The position numbers and the translations under genes were made by a program. A DNA stretch of 64,000 nt, taken from Paragordius varius (lineage: Eukaryota; Animalia; Nematomorpha). Where the stretch lies: NCBI GenBank assembly GCA_964247055.1, contig OZ176053.1, forward strand, positions 2,232,001 through 2,296,000, in the 5' to 3' direction. Positions 57,280-64,000 of the stretch are shown here, piece by piece; the stretch's first letter is position 1; each line of letters begins with the position of its first letter. The notes under the pieces were generated by a model. The model worked only from the letters and a program-made list of their open reading frames with translations. It had not been told where the DNA came from and searched no databases.

Positions 57280-59604
57280 CTATGATAAGTATGTTCGGAC
57301 TGTGCCACGTATTTCTTCCCGACAAATTGGGCATTTGTTTAGCATGAGTGCACACGAACTGCAGACAGCAAAATGGCCGCAATTTATGAAAACGACCTCC
57401 ATCTCACGTTCCAAACATATTTTGCAACAGCGTTGTTCCTTAAGCAGTTGATTTTCGCTTTCAAGGCGTTGGAGTTTATCTAAATAATGTAAAATTAAAA
57501 TAAATTTAAATATATACTATTCACAAAAATTCAAATTTACCCTTGAACAATTCAAAGGAACCGTAAAAATAAATTATGTGTTTTCGAGCTAATAAAACTT
57601 ATTATAATTATTATAAAATATTTATGGCTTAGTTTATATCTTTTCAGTTAAAATTTAAACAATATTTCATTTTGGAAAAACGTATAAAAATATAGGTAAT
57701 TTTCAATCCTTAAAACCATATAGTTTTTAGGGTGAATCTGAATTATTCAAGGGTGAATTAAAAGAGTAAATGATATATATAAAGTATTGATTTAAATATT
57801 TTATTTAAATATAAAATATTGGATCTGCAAAACAAAAAGCTGTATATTGATAAAATCAATTTTAAATTTCTATTTGGTTCATATAAATTGATAGAAGGAA
57901 TTTAACATACGGTGTTATTAACAACCTTAAGTATTAGTCTATCATTTTTATATTTTATTTTCAAAAAAAAATAAAAATTAACTAAAGTTGTTACAAAAGA
58001 TTATTGACTTGAAAATATTTTTCAACAATAATGATAAAAAAAATCTATAAAAACTTGTTTTTGGGGAGGAACCACCCCCTTCCCTTAATTCTTCCGTTTC
58101 TTTTTGAGTTAATAATCCATTCTTACCTTCCTCAAAACATGAGGTGGCGCTTTCATTATTTTGTTTATTTGCCAGCTCAGTGTTGGTCGGGTTAAAATTA
58201 TTGTTGTTTTCCAACGCTGATTGACTCAATGATGTGGATGAACAATGCTCTTTGGGATTGATGGTAAATCCATTTTTCAAATTATTAATTTTCTAAATAC
58301 CAAAAAAATGTTTACAGATTATAAAAGGCATTATAGAGAAATTAATGTTTGCAATACAGTAATAAACTATGGTTTCCAATCAAAATATGTTTACTGAATA
58401 ATAGACTTAATACGACTAATAACAACCATACTCCCATATTTATCACTTTTTGCGTTTTTAATACTTTTTAAATTTCATGTTAATCAAGTCAATTGAAATG
58501 GAAATATTTCCGTTTATAAGAAAACTTTATTATAAATGAAAATGTATATTGTAAAACAATTATAAGGACCCCCTCCCCGCCCCCATAATAATCTGTTACA
58601 AAAAAGTATTATCAACCAATCAAAAGAATATCCTTTCAAATATTAGGTAGGAAACAGTTTTATTTTTTTTAAAACCAAAAAATGATTAAAAGATATTATC
58701 TTATCAAATACTTTGTATGATATGGCTTTCAACAAGGCCTCCGACGTTTCAAACTTAATCCCACATTTGTAGTAATGATAAACTGTGTTAAAAATGGTGT
58801 CTTTAGGTATGCCAATAGCCAGGATTGATTTAACAAAACTTTTGTTCATTTCAATTTCAATGGCTTTTTGCAATGTGCTTTTGGGCGTGGTTATAGCAGA
58901 AGATGAATTATCTAACAAGATAAAAAATATTATATCATATGTAGAGTATTTAAAACGGACAAGTGTCTAAGGGTATAATGTAAAATGACTAAATAAACTT
59001 TATTTTTACCTTAACTAATCACTTGATTATGCCTATGGCGACGATTTGAGAATCAATAAATTTTATTTTACGTCTATTTTAACATCATAAATTATTTAAT
59101 TTATAAATAATGCGAAAAAAACTAAAATTAGGAAATTGGGTTCATATTACTTAAACATTTATCCATATTTTTTCTGAAAAAAGCACTCTAAATCATGACA
59201 AATAAAAAAATACCTTTGTCAGATTCATCCGTGGTAAACGTATTAACATTAGTAGTAAAAACATATATATCATCATTAGGTAGTATACCATTATTACAAT
59301 TCGTATTTATTGTATTTTCAATATTCTGCGAATTTCGAGCGTTGATGACATTATTTGATAAAATTGGAGATGGATTGTTGTTTTCAAGCGAGTTTTGTGT
59401 TGTCGCAATTTCTTGGACAAATTTTTCGCCCTTCACGATTTCAATGAAGGGGCATTTAGAAAACCATTTGGCATGTTCGACCCAGGGATCGTAATGACTT
59501 TTCCAATTACGTAAACCGCCATCGCAATAAAAACATTTCACGTAATCCTCATAACCTACAAAATGTTAAAAGAATATATATATATATATAGTATTGATAT
59601 GATG

Positions 59605-59642
<38 letters not shown>

Positions 59643-61854
59643 AATGATAGAAAACAAATTTTGTCCACAAATAAATGAATTTAATGTTGTAAAATAGGTG
59701 ATTGTTTTTTATCCGTATACACTACTGTTTCGCCAAATGCAGTCAAAAATAATGTAAATTGACCAAAATTAATGTGCCCATACTGTATATAAATATATAT
59801 TTCATGAGGTAAAAATAGGGTTTGTGGGTTTTATGAATCTTAATATAGAGCGTAACATTTTTGCGACATGACATTTTAACACTTGGATACAAGACATTCA
59901 TTTCAGTTCTCTGATTCAAATTGGGGTAGTTAAATACCCCAGGCCTGTTTAAAATTAAATTCTTTAAAAAATATAATAGGAATCGAAACCATGGAAAAAA
60001 TTTACACTTATATAATATTAATAAACCGAAATATATAAAGGGTTTTATTCAAAAATACTTAATATTACTTATTTTAAGCCAAAACCGAAAGGTAAAATTT
60101 CGTCAACGTGACATGTGTGAAATGATAAAATTAAAAAATAATACAAATAAACCGCTTTCTCTATGTCTATCAATGTTAGATGTAATTTAAATAAAAAATT
60201 AACTTTAATTTTACCCTTAAAATTAAATGAAGACGATATTTTGCAAAAATGTTGTAAAATAAAAATGGCGTTGAAGTAGTTTGACATGGAACTTTGATTT
60301 CAAAACAAAATTTTATTTAGATATTTTGGCATATTTATATATTTTTATTAGGATAGAGAAGCATAAATTTAAATTGGGACCGTTTTCTTCAGAAGTTTTT
60401 TAAAAATCCTAACCTAAATTTTGTCTGGGGTATTTGGATACCCCAATTTGAATCGAAGTGTTAAAGATTGAAGTTTATTTCAACATATGGGATGTTGAAA
60501 TCCAAAGTTAGGATATTTTTATATATCTAAAGTACATTGATTTTAAAAAAAATCAAGGAAGATATATTAAAAGTAAAAGTTGAATTGGTACCAAGCAGAT
60601 AAATTTATTTTAGAAATATCATTTCAACTCAATTTACCTTAATTATTTTTAACTAGGATAATAATTCTAATTAAGTAGGCGTAGATGAAGGTATATACCC
60701 ATTAAATTCTTATTAATATCACAGTAATAGATAAATTATTTAGGGATCAGGTAAATCCATTTTTATAGAACAACATTATACTATACTTAGACAAAAATAG
60801 TTGGATGAAAAATAAAAAACTTCCCAAAAATTATCAAAACCCATAACATACGATTCTGACGCAAATATGTGTGCATAATAAATTATTACATATGACGTAA
60901 ACTCCAAAAAAATAAGTTTTAGGTCATTCGATCCGATAAAGCAAAAATAATAGAATATAAGTTAGGAAAGAATGGACAATACTGTAAATTAAAGTCGAAA
61001 ATTGTATATTTTAGCCAAATTTACCTGAAAATTCAAAAAATTATGGTTATAAGAAAATGAATGATAAAGCGTTAAGCCAATTGATTGAAATTGGACGGAA
61101 AAAAATATATTTAAAAAAATCCTAATAAAGGGCTAAAGAGGTGGAATTCTCTAAAAATTATAAGCAAAAAAATCTGTTATAAAAAAAAATAAGTTTTGCA
61201 AAACTTTAGCAACCAAACTTTAATAAAATTGATATCTCGCAGAAATATAAAATATATGAGTAGGGATTTGGAAATATGTTATCAAAATACCTATATTGTT
61301 AGTTAATAATCAGTAAAGTAAAAACCTAAATAATAAAATCCGGCTTCGGCCATTTTAGAAGTAGAGAGAGCTGGATGTGGCCAGCATGCAAATGTTTCGT
61401 ATCTCGAATCAAATGATGTAAAAAATGCATTTTTAACATGGTATAACCGTTGTTCTAATGGTTCTTTTGATGGCGATATACATAAATCACTGAGGGTTAA
61501 TGGAGCATTGTAAAATATTCCGTCATCTGGATTTAAAAGTTCATTATGGATGTTGTTTGTTTCTTCTGTGTCAGAATTGTTGTCATCGTATTCAAGTAAA
61601 AAAGGACAATATGGAAAATTTCTTCTGTGCTCCTCTAAAGGCACATCACCCGGTTCCCAATTGCCAAGAACTCCTTTACAGTAAGGACATTGCACTCTGT
61701 CAAGGGACCCGCTATAAAAGAATCCAGCCCTTGCCATTTGTTCGGGTTTAATGTATTGTGAATCAAAATTTGTAAAACTAGATAATCGAGCTGATTCTCG
61801 TCGCATTCTTCCCAAATAACTGTTGGGTGACGAAGGTGGTAGGTCTTCAATCAT
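57280..61854 (-). CDS. Inhibitor of apoptosis protein (2 BIR + UBA-like + RING); exons 61854-61326, 59555-59214, 58911-58712, 58292-58127 (or -58055), 57479-57280
   Basis: BIR1 CPYC...H...C, BIR2 CFYC...H...C, C-terminal [40 protein letters not shown]...RTYLS-stop; an in-frame stop precedes ATG 61854; phases match. Confidence 0.95.
59880..60460 (+). mobile_element. piggyBac-like non-autonomous element (581 bp) in IAP intron 1
   Basis: Flanked by TTAA on both sides (59876-59879 and 60461-60464); ends cactt / aagtg; internal gattcaaattgggg is mirrored at the right end. Confidence 0.8.
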
Positions 61855-62180
61855 TATAAATTACGATTATATAAAAAATAAAATAAACGGGTCGATAAAG
61901 CAATAAGCTGAGCTTATGAATGATTGACTCCGGAACAATAAAGCGTTCATAAGGATTTGGGAAATTTAGATATCTTTAATTATTTATTATTTATTTTTTC
62001 TAAATCTAAGAATAAAATCTAATCACATTTTGAATTAAAGCATTCGTAACATCTAGCTTCTTTATAAAACCCACAATGGATTTGAGGTATTACTGTTCTT
62101 AATCTATTTATTTAAGATATTTTCTTTAAGTTACAATTTAAGTGTTTTCCCAAAACCTTATGAGTACTATTATTATTAAT

Positions 62181-62510
62181 TTAATAAATTACATTTATAT
62201 ATGAAATAATTTTTGAATGTAATTTTTCTTTTGCGGATATTTGTAATTTCATAAATATACTAACTATCATTACATTTCAATAAAAATTTTCTAAAATATT
62301 AATAATTAATTCAGTATTTGCCTCAGTATATTAAATCTAATATTATATATTTAATAAATTATATATATGAAATAATTTTTTAAATTTTATTTTTCTTTTG
62401 CGGTTATATATTTGGAATTTCATAAATATACTAACAATTATTACATTTCAATAAAAATTTTCTAAAATAATAATAATTTAATTCACTATTTGCCTCAGTA
62501 TATTAAATAT
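62181..62510. repeat. Direct tandem duplication of about 170 bp upstream of IAP
   Basis: taataaatta...ttttcttttgcgg...tttgcctcagtatattaaat occurs twice in succession. Confidence 0.85.
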
Positions 62511-63242
62511 GACCAATTATTTTATACCTCATTAATATTGAAAAGATGCAAACGTGATATTTTTAGCCAACGTTAAAAAATAATTATCTTAAAAATTTTT
62601 ACCTCCCAAAATTATGTTTAAAATCTTTTGATTGATCTAAAACGCGATTAAAATATCTATTATTACTTCCAGTCGAATTTGGGTAGCTGGTGACGACAGA
62701 TTATATTTAACTCCATTACATTTTGGGGTAGTTTTATATCTATGAGCGACTTAAAATACTATCTTAAATTGTATGTAACTTAGTAAGCCGAATTTAAAAA
62801 ATGTTTTTTTAAATCTTTTAGGCGCATTACACAGCGTATAAAATCGGGTATCATGAAAAATCTGGATAATATTCTATCGAAAAATTTGTCAGGATTATGA
62901 CGGTGCTCTTGGTTTTGCTTCTTACGAGTGGTATAAGAAAGTTATTAACACTTTTGTGCTTGCTCCATATCGGAAAATGGCAAAATTTGACCACAGTGCA
63001 TAACTTTTTGATGAAAGTTTAATGCTTCATTCCAAAAAATATCATTAAAAATAATCCTTTATTTTATTTTGAGATGGGGCTCCGAAAGTCTCTAATATTT
63101 TTTTTCCTTCTAAAACAGTTTCCATTTGTTTCATAATATAAAAGTTTGATTTTAAACAGGCATGGATTCCCAAAAACACCTATTTGAATCGGAGGACTGA
63201 AATGAATGTTTTGCTAGTGTTAAGGTACAAGGCCCAATTTAA

Positions 63243-63471
63243 CACTTCGTAAATTGGGGTATCTAAACACCCTAGACTATATTTAAGTTAGGATTTTTAA
63301 AAAACTACTGAATGAACGGTCCCAATTTAAATTTATGTTTTTATTCTAATAAAAATTATATAAATATTCCAAAATATCTAAATAAAATTTTGTTTTGAAA
63401 AAAAAGCTCCATGTCCTACTACTTCGACACCATTTTGATTTTACAAAATCTTTGCAAAATATCGTCTTCAT
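63243..63471 (-). mobile_element. piggyBac-like element, reverse-orientation copy, interrupted
   Basis: Reverse complement of the right part of 59880-60460, beginning ttaa|cacttcg. Confidence 0.7.
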
Positions 63472-63475
63472 TTAA

Positions 63476-64000
63476 CACTTGGATACAACACACTCATTTA
63501 AGTCCTTCGATTCAAATTGGGGTAGTTTGATACCCCAGGCCTGTTTAAAATCAAATACTTTAAAAAGTATAGAAGGAATCGAAACCATGGTAAAATTTTG
63601 CACTTATATAACATTAATAAACCGAAATATATAAAATAATTTATTCAAAAATACTTGATATTACTTATTATGAGCTAAAACCGAAAGGTAAAAATTTCGT
63701 CAACGTGATATGTGTCAAATTTTAAAATTAAAAAATAATACAAAATAAACCGCTTTTTCTATTTCTATCAATATTAGATGTAATTTATATAAAAACATAG
63801 CTTTAGTTTAACACTTAAAATTAAATGAAGACGATATTTTGCAAAAATTTTGTAAAATAAAAATGGCGTCGAAGTTTGAGATGGAACTTTTTTTCAAAGC
63901 AAAATTTTATCAAGATATTTTGGCATATTTATATAATATTTATCAGGATAGAAGCATAAATTTAAATTGGGACTGTTTCCTTCCGTAGTTTTTTAAAAAT
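63476..64000 (+). mobile_element. piggyBac-like element, forward copy (runs off the window)
   Basis: ttaa|cacttggatac start and colinear similarity to 59880-60410. Confidence 0.8.

Overview
AT-rich (roughly 75-80% AT by eye) intron-containing genomic DNA from an invertebrate animal; the species cannot be determined from the sequence. Manual exon stitching gives eight protein-coding genes. Five are recognisable: the 3' part of cytosolic seryl-tRNA synthetase (+), mitochondrial ABC half-transporter ABCB8 (+), coproporphyrinogen III oxidase CPOX (-, 10 exons, absent from the ORF track), an SLC41 Mg2+ transporter (+) and a 2xBIR-UBA-like-RING IAP (-). Three I do not recognise: an 88-aa neuropeptide-type precursor (+), an N/H/P-rich protein spanning an assembly gap (+) and an orphan (+) with four tiny introns. 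The most striking property is intron architecture: 8-9 GT-AG introns of only about 21-33 nt sit beside kb-scale transposon-filled introns. They are mostly first or second introns. Four adjacent genes are separated by only 46-124 bp. Introns and intergenic DNA hold two hAT-Charlie/Buster relics, a hAT-Blackjack-like relic, a PIF/Harbinger relic, RTE LINE fragments (one with a 5' inversion and TSD), a Helentron-like element, piggyBac-like elements and three MITE families. No tRNA, rRNA or CRISPR array was seen. All alignments and family calls are from memory of the families, not from database searches.
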